DNA of 63,917 bases, the filler included, from Octopus bimaculoides (taxonomy: Eukaryota): assembly GCF_001194135.2 (NCBI RefSeq). It is 5 parts of 5 records of this genome, joined end to end, with 100 filler letters (N's around TTAATTAATTAA, not from the genome) between each part and the next. Parts side by side here need not be neighbours in the genome. Positions count along the whole stretch, not along the records: positions 1 to 16,374 come from NC_068983.1; 4 more parts are not named here. One strand, given 5' to 3'. This document shows positions 1 through 14,363 of the stretch, one piece after another. Under the pieces are notes generated by a model. That model saw only the letters and a list, made by a program, of their open reading frames with translations, was not told where the DNA came from and ran no database searches. Position 1 is the stretch's first letter. The number at the start of each line of letters is the position of its first letter. The translations under genes were made by a program, and so were the position numbers.

Positions 1-31
<31 letters not shown>

Positions 32-578
32 CGTATACACATATGAACGCGTGTGAGTGTGAGTATATATATATTAAAAGTTGTGTGTAATGTATACGTT
101 TTTGTCAGTGATTTGTTATACAATATAAGAACAGCAGCAGCAGCAGTAGTAGTAGTAGTAGTAGCAGCAGCAGCAGCAGCGGTTTCAAGCATGCATCTGC
201 AACATGCTGAGCAAAGTCCAAAGGCAAAACACTTAAGCTATAACGTTAAACTGTTAACGGTCATGAAATCGAGTGATTAACAAGAATAATACACATTGAT
301 TAGTGGTACATATAAATAAACAAAACTACACAAAAGTATCGCCAAAGTGAAAGACCATAACATGGGGCAATTCAGTGCACTCCAGGTATAACCATCGATT
401 ACCCTGACACAATGATAGCTACTGGCTTCCACCAGATTTTCTTCTCGACTGTGGCTGCGAATTTCCATTCTGCCCGTACTATTGTCACGTCAATTTTGCC
501 ATTCCCATTCAATTGAAATGCAATTTCTCTTTAATAGCTGCTTGATGAATTAACTGAAGTCTTAGAAATATGGCATGA

Positions 579-876
579 AGGCGCGTGGCTTAGGAATTAG
601 AGTATTTGCTTCCCGATCGTAAGGTCGTGATTTCGATTGTGGTAGGGCATTTTGTCACTTTATTTCACGTTACTCAAGCCCACTAAGCCGGCAAAATTGA
701 ATACTATTTCAAAGGATCAACCATGTGAGACTCTGTATCACGTTGAATCTCCTTGAGAACTACGTAAAGAGTACACGTGTCTGTGGAGTGCTTAGCCACT
801 TGCACGTTATATTTCACAAATAGGCTGTTTCGATGATCGGATCAACTGGAAGCCTTGTCGTAACTGACGAAGTGCA
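579..876 (+). mobile_element. tRNA-derived SINE (family C), diverged copy
   Basis: tRNA-like head (ggcgcgtggcttagg... A-box-like; gatttcgattg B-box-like) followed by a body gaatctccttgagaactacg...gatcggatcaactggaagcc; no ORF. Confidence 0.65.
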
Positions 877-1536
877 CTAATCTCAGTCCACCAGAAATCT
901 TAATTCATAATAAGCAGCAGAGTAACACCACTATCTGCCAGGGGTAAGCTTTTCAGTATTAAACCAAGATCCAGAATTCTACCAATTTTTTCTACATAAA
1001 CCTACAGGCCAACAATATACAGTTATTCAACGATAGCATGTTTTCACTATTCCATACACATCTTAAACAGAATGGTAACTGGGGCTTTCAATTCCATTAT
1101 GACTACGCAGTTTATCTCAAGCAAGCAAAGAAAAATGAGAATGGCAGTACCGATGTTGACGATGAGGATATAAATAAAAATAACAAAGTTATCAACATTT
1201 TCCCACTACTTATAATCTGTTTAGGTATCGATTCTGTACTTTAGTATAAAAGAATCAAAGGTGAGTACATTATCTATCAATTTGGAATTTTTGTGTGAAT
1301 GTTAAATGGCCAACAACCAAATCAATAGAAAGAATTTTATTAACCAGATTATGCCAAGGAATTTACATACACATATTATGAAAAGTGTAGAAAAAGAATG
1401 CGGTTTTCAACAAAATATAAATGTAATTCTACTCTAAGATTTCGAAATAAGCAGCGAAAGCGTAAGATAAAATAGAGAATAGAAAATGTTATAAAAACAA
1501 GTAACGTTACTACACATACGCACTCACATATACACT

Positions 1537-1622
<86 letters not shown>

Positions 1623-1810
1623 TATATATAAACATATATACGTGGTGTGTGTGTATACACATACTTATATATATAGATATATATATATATACTCAAATAA
1701 CTAAAGATATACTAGCATATATATATGTATATATATGTGTGTGTGAGTGTACCTATATGGTTTAAATATGTACATATTATACATATGTGTATGTATATAT
1801 ATATATATTT

Positions 1811-1820
1811 AGATAGATAT

Positions 1821-1890
<70 letters not shown>
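1811..1890. repeat. (GATA)n microsatellite (similar arrays at ~5258-5323, ~6950-7104, ~31657-31817)
   Basis: direct reading of the sequence. Confidence 0.95.
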
Positions 1891-2785
1891 TTATGTACAT
1901 GTGCATATCTTCACACACATGCACACATATCGGTTCTTGCTTAACAATCCAGAGAAGGAGTACTAAGCGGAAAGACAGAGTGCAGTAATCATATTTAAGC
2001 CTCTCCACTCCACTGGCACTTGAGAATTTCTACGGCGTGCTGGGACCTAGTTTTACGCACACAAGCCCATACGCACATAAATATACCTATGCACATATAT
2101 TTGTCGATACACAGGGGAGAGAGAGGGAGAGAGACAGAGAGACACAGAGAGAGACAGCGAGACAGAAAGAGACATAGAGTGACAGAGACAAAGACGTGTA
2201 ACGGAACAATTTGGTTCCTGAAATTTTTTGCCATGTCTTGAAGTTCTACGATGCTCAAAATTTTCTCATTCATCACAAGTGAGTAAGGATTTAATGATAG
2301 AAACGAATTAAGCATACAGAGCGAAGCATATGCTCATCTGCTGTGAATCATTTTAAATCGACAAGTGCACTTTATTTCATTCCGGACGTCTACACTTGTC
2401 TTGTATATTCATATTTATTTAGGAGGGAAAACAAATCATGTTTCTGAGTCTGGTAGAATATAGGAACTCTGAATGCGGTAGGAGAGAGGAGAAAATACAT
2501 CCAGATATCGGAGACCCAGCCCCAATGATTTGAAGAGAGTGGAATTTGCTAAATGTAACTAGGGGGATAAATGGTGGTGCTCAAACAGTCGGTGGCACAA
2601 GCATTCCATCTAAGTTGGGTATGGTGAGATTTGAACTGCGAATGCAAACAGCCGAGAGAAATAATGAAAGACATCCATTTCGAGATAGACTTCTACTATT
2701 CCGCAGTTCGAACCAGGTCACTTCTAGGCATTAAAATATATGTGCATGTCTGTTTACCTAGCTGTATATCAGTCTATCATTCTGC

Positions 2786-2852
<67 letters not shown>

Positions 2853-3387
2853 CATACATACATACATACATACATACATGCATGCATGAATACATACATA
2901 CATACATACATAGAGAAAACACACAAAACAAAACTTAAACACATATNNNNNNNNNNNNNNNNNNNNNNNNNNNNNNNNNNNNNNNNNNNNNNNNNNNNNN
3001 NNNNNNNNNNNNNNNNNNNNNNNNNNNNNNNNNNNNNNNNNNNNNNNNNNNNNNNNNNNNNNNNNNNNNNNNNNNNNNNNNNNNNNNNNNNNNNNNNNNN
3101 NNNNNNNNNNNNNNNNNNNNNNNNNNNNNNNNNNNNNNNNNNNNNNNNNNNNNNNNNNNNNNNNNNNNNNNNNNNNNNNNNNNNNNNNNNNNNNNNNNNN
3201 NNNNNNNNNNNNNNNNNNNNNNNNNNNNNNNNNNNNNNNNNNNNNNNNNNNNNNNNNNNNNNNNNNNNNNNNNNNNNNNNNTATATATATACACACACAC
3301 AAACACACACACGTATTAATACATAAGTGTAAGTGCACACACAAAGTACACACAAAACATATACATCTTCCTCCCGCTTTCTCACTT

Positions 3388-3436
<49 letters not shown>

Positions 3437-4093
3437 GTATACATATATGTGTGCGCATGTATGTATGTACGTATATATATATATATATGTGTATGCGTAT
3501 GTGTGTCTGTGTGACAGATTAACTGCAATGCCTTCACAGTGTATCCAAAAGAAGAAACAGTGAGTAACCGATAATTGAAATAGTATATCAAAATATTTAT
3601 TAAACTGAAATTTGTGTTTTGTAATTGTAAGTCTCACATCTCTGATTGTCAAAGAAAATCTAAACAATGAATGTGGAAAGCGCAAAAAGTAATATATAGA
3701 CATTTTGAAAAAATACTAAAAAGGAGAAAAATAATTTCATTGGTTATATGTGCAAAATATATTCTAATAGATAAAAATATTTGTCTTTGTGAGAAAAAGA
3801 AATATTTGTTTATGTCTAAAACAAATCAATAAATATAATAGCATTGCAATACGATCCTATTGAAGGAGTATATTGCGGACTATTCACGGAATGTTATTCA
3901 CACTTAAATTCTACAATGTCAGACAAAGAAATCAAACCCAAAAGCTAACTTATATATACACACACACACACATATATATATACATATATACATATCTATA
4001 TTTATAAATATATATGGATATATACATATGTCTACATATATATATACACATATATGCATACACACACACACACACACACACATACACACACAA

Positions 4094-4180
<87 letters not shown>

Positions 4181-4245
4181 TACAAACATAAGCACACACG
4201 GACATGCACACGCACACGCACACACAGACATACATATATATTTCA

Positions 4246-4488
4246 GGGCGCATACCCTTGTAGTTAGAGTATGGCACTCATGATCGCGAGAGTGTAGTGT
4301 AATTTCCGAGACTAGACAAAGCATTTAATCTCACGCTGCTCTGCGATCATTTCGACATCTGACACGCGCTGCAACGTTCACATGTTTAAACATCGTCGAT
4401 TTGATGGCTGGAGTGAGCTAATGGTAACTATAAACATTTGGTCACTATAAACAAATAATTTGTGCAGGTCGTACGGCAAAAGTTGAAT
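4246..4488 (+). mobile_element. tRNA-derived SINE (family E), diverged copy
   Basis: tRNA-like head gggcgcatacccttgtagttagagtatggcactcatgatcgcgagag followed by a non-coding body. Confidence 0.55.
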
Positions 4489-4538
4489 GGACAGTAGAAT
4501 ACATCATATATATAAATATGGATATATAAATATATGTA

Positions 4539-4582
<44 letters not shown>

Positions 4583-4584
<2 letters not shown>

Positions 4585-4967
4585 TACGGTGAACAGTCTG
4601 AAGGAAAGCGTCCTCGTGCAGCCCCCTTGAAGCGGTACAAGGACCAACTCAAATCAACCTTAAAAAGCACCAACATCGACCCCGCACACTGGGAGGTTAT
4701 CTCGGCAAACAGACCCCTCTGGCGACACACCATCAAAACGGGTTCAGCGGACTTCGAGAAAGCCCGAGTCGCAAGAGCTGAACTCAAGAGACGGGAGAGA
4801 AAGCAGCGCCTTCTCCTCCCCAAACAAACCCCTTCTATCCCTTGTCCACAATGTCCCCGTATGTTTCATGCAACCCTTGGATTGCGGAGCCATCTGCACT
4901 TCAAACACCCAGGAAAATGAACTGGATTGCAAGCTCGGAAGCACGAGACGCAGCCAACTACTACTAT

Positions 4968-5002
<35 letters not shown>

Positions 5003-5003
5003 T
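4583..5003 (+). mobile_element. 3' end of RTE-type LINE (ORF C-terminus with C2H2 finger, short 3' UTR, (CTA)n tail)
   Basis: YGEQSEGKRPRAAPLKRYKDQLKSTLK...WRHTI...CPQCPRMFHATLGLRSHLHFKH* (stop 4920) matches the RTE ORF C-terminus; tandem trinucleotide tail; 5'-truncated at a (CA)n. Confidence 0.85.
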
Positions 5004-5264
5004 ATATATATAAATTGTAAATGCAAAAAATAACAACAAAAACACAAAGGATTCTGCGGTACACGTGTTTCAAGCTTTATATCAGTGTATAATTGACAAT
5101 ACAAACGTATCTTCAACCGCAAAAGTATTTCTCTCCCAAGAAATTATATCACATCGGCTTTAAAGGAGGAAGAAAGGTGCGATATAAGAGGTGAAGTTCC
5201 TTTCGGTAGTTTGCATTGTACTGTACCTCGTAGAATATATATATATATATATATATGGATAGAT

Positions 5265-5324
<60 letters not shown>

Positions 5325-5687
5325 ACACATTCACACGTATAGCATTTTGTACGTCTCCAAATATTTGTCAATTGATACTAACGAACGGACGTAGCGGGGA
5401 ACCTATAAAAATTTCTAAGACCAGTCATGTGACTGTCATCTACCAATCAAATCTTGTTCAAAGCATATACTCATTTGAGCCATGAACTCCCTTTACAAAC
5501 AGGGCAAATTTCAAACACTAGGCAGAAGCAAGACACTTGCGACATAAACCATGTCTTTCCATTTGAACTTTTCACAATGAGTGTCAACTGTGAAACCGGT
5601 TAAAGATTCAAATATATGAATAAAGAATATTTTAGCTATTTTCGTAGCGTTTTCAACTTCTAATTTTCCTACACACACACACACACA

Positions 5688-5751
<64 letters not shown>

Positions 5752-5800
5752 TATATATATATATGTAAATATATATTTATGTGTGTGTGTGTGTGTGTGA

Positions 5801-6591
5801 GGAATTGAAATCCCTGAATCAAAATCAGTGTGGGACCTGGGCATTGACATGGGCAATGAGGCATCTTTCCAGGTGCATATTACCAATTTGGTAATAAAAT
5901 GCAGACGGCTGGTTGGATTGATCCTCCGAACTTTCAAAACAAGAGAAATGGAGAAACTGATGATCCTTTGGAGGACATACGTTCTCAGCCGCTTAGACCA
6001 TTGCTCTCAACTTTGGTCACCACACAATGGAAATCTACGGCGGAACTCGAAGCAATCCAACGAAGCTACACTAAGAAAATCGTCTCGATGCAACATGTCA
6101 GTTACTGGGAAAGACTTAGAGAATTAAATCTCTTCTCCTTAGAACGAAGGCGGGAGAGATATGCAGTGATATACATCTGGAAAATCCTAAAAAATCCTAG
6201 AAGGCCTTGTACCAAACTTTGGCATTGAAAGTTACTCAAACTGCAGAACGGGGCGCCACTACAGAGTGCCAAAGATCCCAGCATCGCCATCAAAATACAG
6301 GACTAGATACTGCAACAGCTTGGGCTTCGAGGGCCCACAGGTCTCTAATATCCTTCCGATATGGTTGAGAGACCTGCATGGTGTGGATGTAAGTGTCTTT
6401 AAAACAAAACTGGATCTCTTTCTGATACGGGTTCTAGACCAGCCTATCTCCTGGGAGGAAATACAAATGAGTGCAGCAGCATCAAACTCCCTCATTGACC
6501 AAATGTCACATATCAGAAGAGGTTCCAGATAATGGTTAGCTCAGTCAACGGTGGTGCCCCAGCATGACCGGAGCTTTGCAGCTGAAACATT
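5801..6591 (+). mobile_element. 3' fragment of CR1/L2-group LINE reverse transcriptase ORF, frameshifted
   Basis: SVWDLGIDM...RTYVLSRLDHCSQLWSP / LEAIQRSYTKKI...YWERLRELNLFSLERRRERY / ...FKTKLDLFL across three frames (ORFs 5828, 5899, 6266); 3' tail ggtggtgccccagcatgaccgg...gctgaaaca. Confidence 0.85.
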
Positions 6592-6643
6592 TAAAAATAG
6601 TAAAATATTATGTATCTGTATACACATTACACACACACACATG

Positions 6644-6724
<81 letters not shown>

Positions 6725-6954
6725 TTGTATGTTAATGTGTTTATATGGTATTTTGTGTGCACATAAGAAAATGAAGAAGAAAAACGGCTTAATTATAAAC
6801 AGGCAAATAGACAAACATTAAGGTACACAATTTGCCCAAAAGTACTACGAAAATAATACATAAATGGACATAAATAGCTTTGAAAGTAGAAAAGTAGAAC
6901 ACGCATACAACTAATCACATTTATATATTATACATATGTATATAAATAGATAGT

Positions 6955-7102
<148 letters not shown>

Positions 7103-10100
7103 CAGACATGCGTGTGTTTGTTCACATGTGTGTACATGTGCATGTGTGTATGTGTGTGTGTGTGTGCGAGCACGCGTGTGTACATACCTACTTACAATCA
7201 TACATATATGTTATTGCACTTAGACAAAGTGCTAAGTCGAAAGTATAGCGAAAGGTAGAGATATGAAGGAAGAATGCGAAGTAGAAAACAGACCATGATT
7301 TCCCATACTGCTATTTTTAGCATAATTATTTGACAATATATTGACAGAGGAGCTAACCTCTACCTAATTGGCTATAGAATGGAAATAAATAGCAGTATCC
7401 GCATGCAAAGTATTTAAATAGACATTGATTTCTTTCGTTCTGAATAACGTTCCTAAAATTTACTTGATAACGTTGAAGTGAATCTGTGTATGAAGATTTA
7501 TGGTTTACCTTGAATGATTAAGCGCTGAGTGATCTTGAACTTTTAGCAATCCGAGAAATATTATTTTGTGTCCAATTATACCTGGTGGAAATACATTTGT
7601 CTGAGATACGACAACATTGTGAACGCATCAAGCTTGTACGTGAACTTGATATCCGAATGTTCATGATGATGATATTAATCATAGTTGATGTACTTTCAAT
7701 TTCACTCACGTACGAAGTAGTCCTACGTATACAGTGCCGACTGTTAAATATAGAAAATTTACTGCCCCTGACATGGATACACAACAGTTCTTCAGACAGT
7801 TTCTCAATCGTTACTTGAGTCAATTGTTTGCTGTTATAGAGTGTCTTTCAGTTTTGGTTCTAATATTATTTTATTACATTTTTTTTTTTTTCGTATTGAG
7901 TTTCTAGATTTGTGACAATGCCGTGTTACATCGATATATTTTCTGATAGATGAACTTACCAGCTGAGATTATAATTAAATGATTTATGTTTATATGTCTA
8001 ATGATGACGCAATGAACGTTGAAAAATATTTAACAATCGCCCCACCAACGCACCCTGAAATATACAAGGTATTCTTCCACTGAGCTCATTTATGTTTTGT
8101 GCCGTATTTTCATTGTATATTTGTGTTGCTGCTAATGTTGTTGAAGTTACTTATTCATCAGATCATCGTATGACCTATTCTCTAGGCGATCAATATCCTA
8201 CAGAGACACCATTAGTGGAACGCATTGAAAAACTGAGTGATCTTGGTAGTCGTTATCCGAGGATTTCTTGCGCAGAGTGCTGTTGGCAGGGCAATGCTCT
8301 TGCACAGTACGATGTTCATACCTTTTCTAACGGAAGTTTTGGCCCAGATCTTGTCCATTCCTCCCGAACATAGCTGCTGCATACCTGATTTTGAAGCAAT
8401 ATTCTACCTCTATCTCCCTCTCTAGCAGTAATGCTGCCCATGTAGATAAAGATGGTGATGTATCTCGATTCCCAAGAGCATATCTCGTTAGTTATTGGTA
8501 TATATCACCTTTACTTATGGTTGTCTACAATTTCATAGTGACGATTGATGTTCTAGAGATACTATCAGCTCTTTTTTAATTTTTCGAAATACAATTTATA
8601 GCATGTATTCAAAAGTACACCAAGTCGACAGATCGATAATCATGTGATGAACATCATATAAACGATACATAATACAAGCTACATATTTTAATAGTAAAGA
8701 TTTCAATAGAAAGTGCAAAATAAGGAAAGATGAAATTGGGTTCTGATTTTGTTCACATTTAACACAAATCTTCAGAAGTGAATGAAATATATGACAATTT
8801 TTCCAGTGATTCATTGAAACGGGTTCCTGTAAATTTTATGGTGAATATCTTTATCAATTTTCCCGTCATTTGTATAACATATGATGCACAGGACGTATTT
8901 CTTTGACAACATGTGTGATATACATTTCCAATTTTTTTCAACCATTCAAGAAAGCTTTATATATCCCAAAGTGTATGATCAAGAGCTAACTAAAAATTTG
9001 AAAAAAAAAACATGAGACTTATGAAAATGCTTTGGTCAGACAGAGAATTAGTCAATATAATATCCATAATGATCAACTAAACATGTGGTGTATTAAACAT
9101 ACAACTGGGTTTCAGGTTAAATTTAAAATCTGTTGTCTTGAGTTAGGGTGAAAAATACGGTAGCTAAAGCCATGAAACTATATGTTCTGCGAGACTAGTG
9201 ACAAACGTCACATTGAATAAACGACTTCATCTGCAATAATGTACTTTGAGCGAAATGGAAATACATTTTTATGCATTATAGAGTGGTAAATGCCATGCGG
9301 TGACCGAAATATTAAACTGTTCAGAAGTTCATAAACCAGCATAGATTCTGCTATATTACCGTTTTAAATTTCCAACACACTACTGCTAACGTTATGCTAG
9401 CTTTCTTTATGTATATAGCATCAAAAGACGTCAATATTCAGTGTGTATATGCATGTGTTTGTATTCACTTGCTGTGTAGCTGTATACTACTGCTATATTA
9501 ACATTCAGGCGTTCGTTGCCTGTTGTAATGTTTATAATATGTTCTTGCTGTTAGGCATAATCCCATTTTAAAATATCAAAGTGATATTTCTGCAAACGGT
9601 TACAAAATGAGACGTAGCAACTAAGAAGCTACAACTGCACACATATCGGTCTTTGCTCATGTTGTCTTGTATAGATGAAGCAACATTAATATACATAGTT
9701 GTGAGTATACGATCAACATTATCAATGTCGTTTATATGCTATTCAATATCGTAACGGGCCTGATTTGTGCGAAATAGGCTGTTTCTATCACTTCTGGTTT
9801 ACTTGCGCATAGTTAACCACTAGATCAGATATCATTCGAATGTTCTATATTCGTATAATTACATATGTAAATATGCATGCATATGTAAATGTGCATGACT
9901 GTGAGTGTACGCGCGTGTGTCATTGTTTATGCATGCATTTGTGTGCCTGCCTATCTGTATAGATACCAATGTGTGTGTATGTGGTGCATTTGCTGATGTG
10001 TGTTTGTGTGTAATCATTTTTTCCACGAAAGTATTTCGTATATTTTGGATCTTAAATGTAAGCAATTTATATCGATCTCAATCTTCAATAACCAACCCGA

Positions 10101-13100
10101 CATCTGTAAATGCTATCCCCACCGTTGTAATTCGAGTATTTCTAGGCGTTTTTCAAATATTGTAAATATATTTGTTTCTAAGATTTGTATTCGATTAATC
10201 TTAATCTTAAATATATATATGTCTATATAGGATTGCTTCTAAATTTTCAAAACTGAGCATAAAGTATGGTTTACTGCTTGTTGTTCAATTGTCTTTCACT
10301 AAGTAAAGAATAACGTTTCAAACATATCCATAGAAACTGACTAGATGAAATTATGTAATTACACGCGATTATACACACACACTAACACACGCGTATTTGC
10401 GGATATACTTATACAACTGCATTAATGTGTGTGAGTTTATATATATATATATATATNNNNNNNNNNNNNNNNNNNNNNNNNNNNNNNNNNNNNNNNNNNN
10501 NNNNNNNNNNNNNNNNNNNNNNNNNNNNNNNNNNNNNNNNNNNNNNNNNNNNNNNNNNNNNNNNNNNNNNNNNNNNNNNNNNNNNNNNNNNNNNNNNNNN
10601 NNNNNNNNNNNNNNNNNNNNNNNNNNNNNNNNNNNNNNNNNNNNNNNNNNNNNNNNNNNNNNNNNNNNNNNNNNNNNNNNNNNNNNNNNNNNNNNNNNNN
10701 NNNNNNNNNNNNNNNNNNNNNNNNNNNNNNNNNNNNNNNNNNNNNNNNNNNNNNNNNNNNNNNNNNNNNNNNNNNNNNNNNNNNNNNNNNNNNNNNNNNN
10801 NNNNNNNNNNNNNNNNNNNNNNNNNNNNNNNNNNNNNNNNNNNNNNNNNNNNNNNNNNNNNNNNNNNNNNNNNNNNNNNNNNNNNNNNNNNNNNNNNNNN
10901 NNNNNNNNNNNNNNNNNNNNNNNNNNNNNNNNNNNNNNNNNNNNNNNNNNNNNNNNNNNNNNNNNNNNNNNNNNNNNNNNNNNNNNNNNNNNNNNNNNNN
11001 NNNNNNNNNNNNNNNNNNNNNNNNNNNNNNNNNNNNNNNNNNNNNNNNNNNNNNNNNNNNNNNNNNNNNNNNNNNNNNNNNNNNNNNNNNNNNNNNNNNN
11101 NNNNNNNNNNNNNNNNNNNNNNNNNNNNNNNNNNNNNNNNNNNNNNNNNNNNNNNNNNNNNNNNNNNNNNNNNNNNNNNNNNNNNNNNNNNNNNNNNNNN
11201 NNNNNNNNNNNNNGAGAGAGAGAGAGAGAGTGAGAGAGAGAGTGAGAGAGAGAGTGAGAGAGAGAGTGAGAGAGAGAGGTCATGTATACGTACATGCATA
11301 AATATGAATAGATCTTTGTGTGTGAGTGTGTGTGTGCGTGTGTATGAAAGAGACAGAGAGAGAGTAAATACTACATGCACGCTACGGCAATACCGGAAGT
11401 TGACATTGAGGAACCTTTTTAAAGAAGTGAATCATAAATATAAAGCAATATTATTTATTTTTAATTAAAAAAATCAAATGAAGAGTCTAACATTTATCCG
11501 AGGTCAAATTATTCATGCATCACAAGTATGGAAGCATTTGGTAAAGTCGATTTCACGTGAAAAGCGAATACACAGACATCTCTGTTTTATATATTAGAAG
11601 ATATATATATTAATTAAAAGAAGAAAAGAAAATGGAGATAAAGAAGTTAACAATTATTTATTTTTAATTGGCCCTCTTCGCTTCTTACANNNNNNNNNNN
11701 NNNNNNNNNNNNNNNNNNNNNNNNNNNNNNNNNNNNNNNNNNNNNNNNNNNNNNNNNNNNNNNNNNNNNNNNNNNNNNNNNNNNNNNNNNNNNNNNNNNN
11801 NNNNNNNNNNNNNNNNNNNNNNNNNNNNNNNNNNNNNNNNNNNNNNNNNNNNNNNNNNNNNNNNNNNNNNNNNNNNNNNNNNNNNNNNNNNNNNNNNNNN
11901 NNNNNNNNNNNNNNNNNNNNNNNNNNNNNNNNNNNNNNNNNNNNNNNNNNNNNNNNNNNNNNNNNNNNNNNNNNNNNNNNNNNNNNNNNNNNNNNNNNNN
12001 NNNNNNNNNNNNNNNNNNNNNNNNNNNNNNNNNNNNNNNNNNNNNNNNNNNNNNNNNNNNNNNNATATATATATGCATATATATAAACACACACCTACGC
12101 AGAATACATGCAGAGTACATGATGACATTTCATTATTTTTTTAAACTGAATATGCAACTTCTTTTTTTTATTATAAAGAGAATGTTAAGTTTCTTTTGAA
12201 TTTAAATTAATTTTTGCGTTCAGTTATCGTTGTTTAATGCATAATTCATGTTTTTTTCTTTACAAGCCAGATTATGTAAACAATGCTTCTAATATTATTT
12301 TCTAATTCTTAATCCTTTTATTCGTATTGTCTGGGTTACCCTTTAATATTTTAATGGGTAGCGTTAATTATTCCCAATTTCAATTATTATTTCAGTGGTT
12401 CTGCGCAAAAGTTTTGAATCTCTGTTTCACTTAGTAAGTTGCCACACTTTCTCAGGTATGAAAATTGCATAGGCCAAAATAAAATTTCGGTTTCATTTTC
12501 TTGGAGAAATCTTTTGAGTAATCTGGGAGAATTATTGTTACAATGCTAACCTAGTATTAAATGTTTAAATGCATAAAAAGAAGATAATTTTATAGATAGC
12601 CATTGAAGTCACTTTCTTACAAAGAATTAGTTTAAAACCTTTAGCCACACCTTCAGATCGCCCCTTCCACATCTTGTAAAAGATTATAAATATTCCATGA
12701 GCAAACTAAGCTGAAGATATTTTTCATTTCATCTTAAACATTCAACAACGGCCATCATCTTCTTACGTCATGGAAAACATGAGTTTCGGAAGAAACAGGA
12801 CATGTTTTAGCTTGTGCAAATGTTGAAATTGTTTCCCATAAATATGTTTTCTTTTTCGATAACATTACCTTGGAACATGTATAGATAATTCCACCAGGAA
12901 TCCACTAATACTCATTCTAGATTCATTTCTTCAGTTGTTTGTCGGGAATTATTCCATAAGAACTTGAAGTTGCTACACTCTTCGTGCACGTGCACATATC
13001 TCTTCCATATTAAAATTTATCTACTTCATCTTAGCGAAACATTATTTGTAATGTTCTTGTCTCTGTTCTGATTCATGTGTAGAAAGTTACGTACCTAATG

Positions 13101-13975
13101 GAATATCTAATAACATGGTTTGACAGATATTGAAGCTATAAGCGGCATGAAAACGTGTAATAAACCTTCCTATGGCCATGCATAATAAAAGGCATTTTGC
13201 GTATCAATGTGGAGATATCTTTAAAAACAAATATAGCATTTTATGAAGGCATATATCTGAAACAAATATTCGAATAATACATTTAGTGGAACCTTGAATA
13301 AACAAGTTTCACTAATTTAATTAATAACAAAAGTATAATAAAATCATATTCTATAAATAGTATAAGAGTTATAAAGAAAATATGGACTTGGGATTCATAA
13401 GGCCGGACGTTTGTCCAGTTTTTATTGCATATATATGACTATGTTTACAATACTACACCCCCATACCCGAAGAGACTCTTGTCTATCTCAGGGTTGAGTT
13501 GGAGCTGAATGGACAGCAGCAAGGTCGGATGGATTGTTTTACTCAAGAACACAACGCAAAAGCCCGGTCTGGGAAATGAAATCATGATATTACGATCATA
13601 AATGTAACGAATACGTAAATAATGGAGTAAAATTGCAGAAGCGAATACATTTCTAAAAGTTTCAAAGCATTCTTTCATGAAAATAGTAATTATATTATGA
13701 TAAAGGAAAAAACAGTAAAGGCAAAATTGTATTTTATATATTTTATCTAAAAAGAAGAAAACAGGACTACAAAGTAACGTTAAATTTTGATTAGTGTTGC
13801 GTACACACACACGCACACCACGTACATGCGCACACGCATACACACAGATACACACACACACACACATAAACACACACACACGCATATATGTATGAGTATA
13901 TTTATGAATTAATACATATATTTATGCATATATTTATATACGTGTGTGTGTATGCGTGTGTGAAAGTATATATAT

Positions 13976-14363
13976 CTTTTACTCTTTTACTTGTTTCAGT
14001 CATTTGACTGCAGCCATGCTGGAGCACCGCCTTTAGTCGAGCAAATCGACCCCAGGACTTATTCTTTGTAAGTCTAGTACTTATTCTAGTAGACTCTTTT
14101 GCCGAACCGCTAAGTTACGGGGACGTAAACACACAGCCATCGAATGTCAAGCGATGTTGGGAGGACAAACACAGACACACAAACATATACACATACATGT
14201 ATATATACATATATACGATGGGCTTCTTTCAGTTTCCGTCTACCAAATCCACTCACAAGGCTTTGGTCGGCCCGAGGCTATAATAGAAGACACTTGCCCA
14301 AGGTGCCACGCAGTGGGAATGAACCCGGAACCATGTGGTTGGTAAGCAAGCTACTTACCACAC
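13976..14363 (-). mobile_element. tRNA-derived SINE family A, near full length
   Basis: reverse complement has tRNA head gtgtggtaagtagcttgcttaccaaccacatggttccgggttcattccc, shared body and tail ggcggtgctccagcatggctgcagtcaaatgactgaaacaag; same sequence recurs at 24014, 34748, 44991, 47447. Confidence 0.9.

Noticed and set aside
380-530. Minus-strand peptide FQLNGNGKIDVT resembling an EF-hand loop
   Set aside because: Lacks the first Asp and the Glu12 ligand, has no good splice acceptor, and has an upstream stop; probably chance.
5059-5090. Minus-strand CUGAUAU...GAAACACGUGUA, hammerhead-like with a palindrome
   Set aside because: Core mismatched, stem II essentially absent, and no stem I pairing after the triplet.
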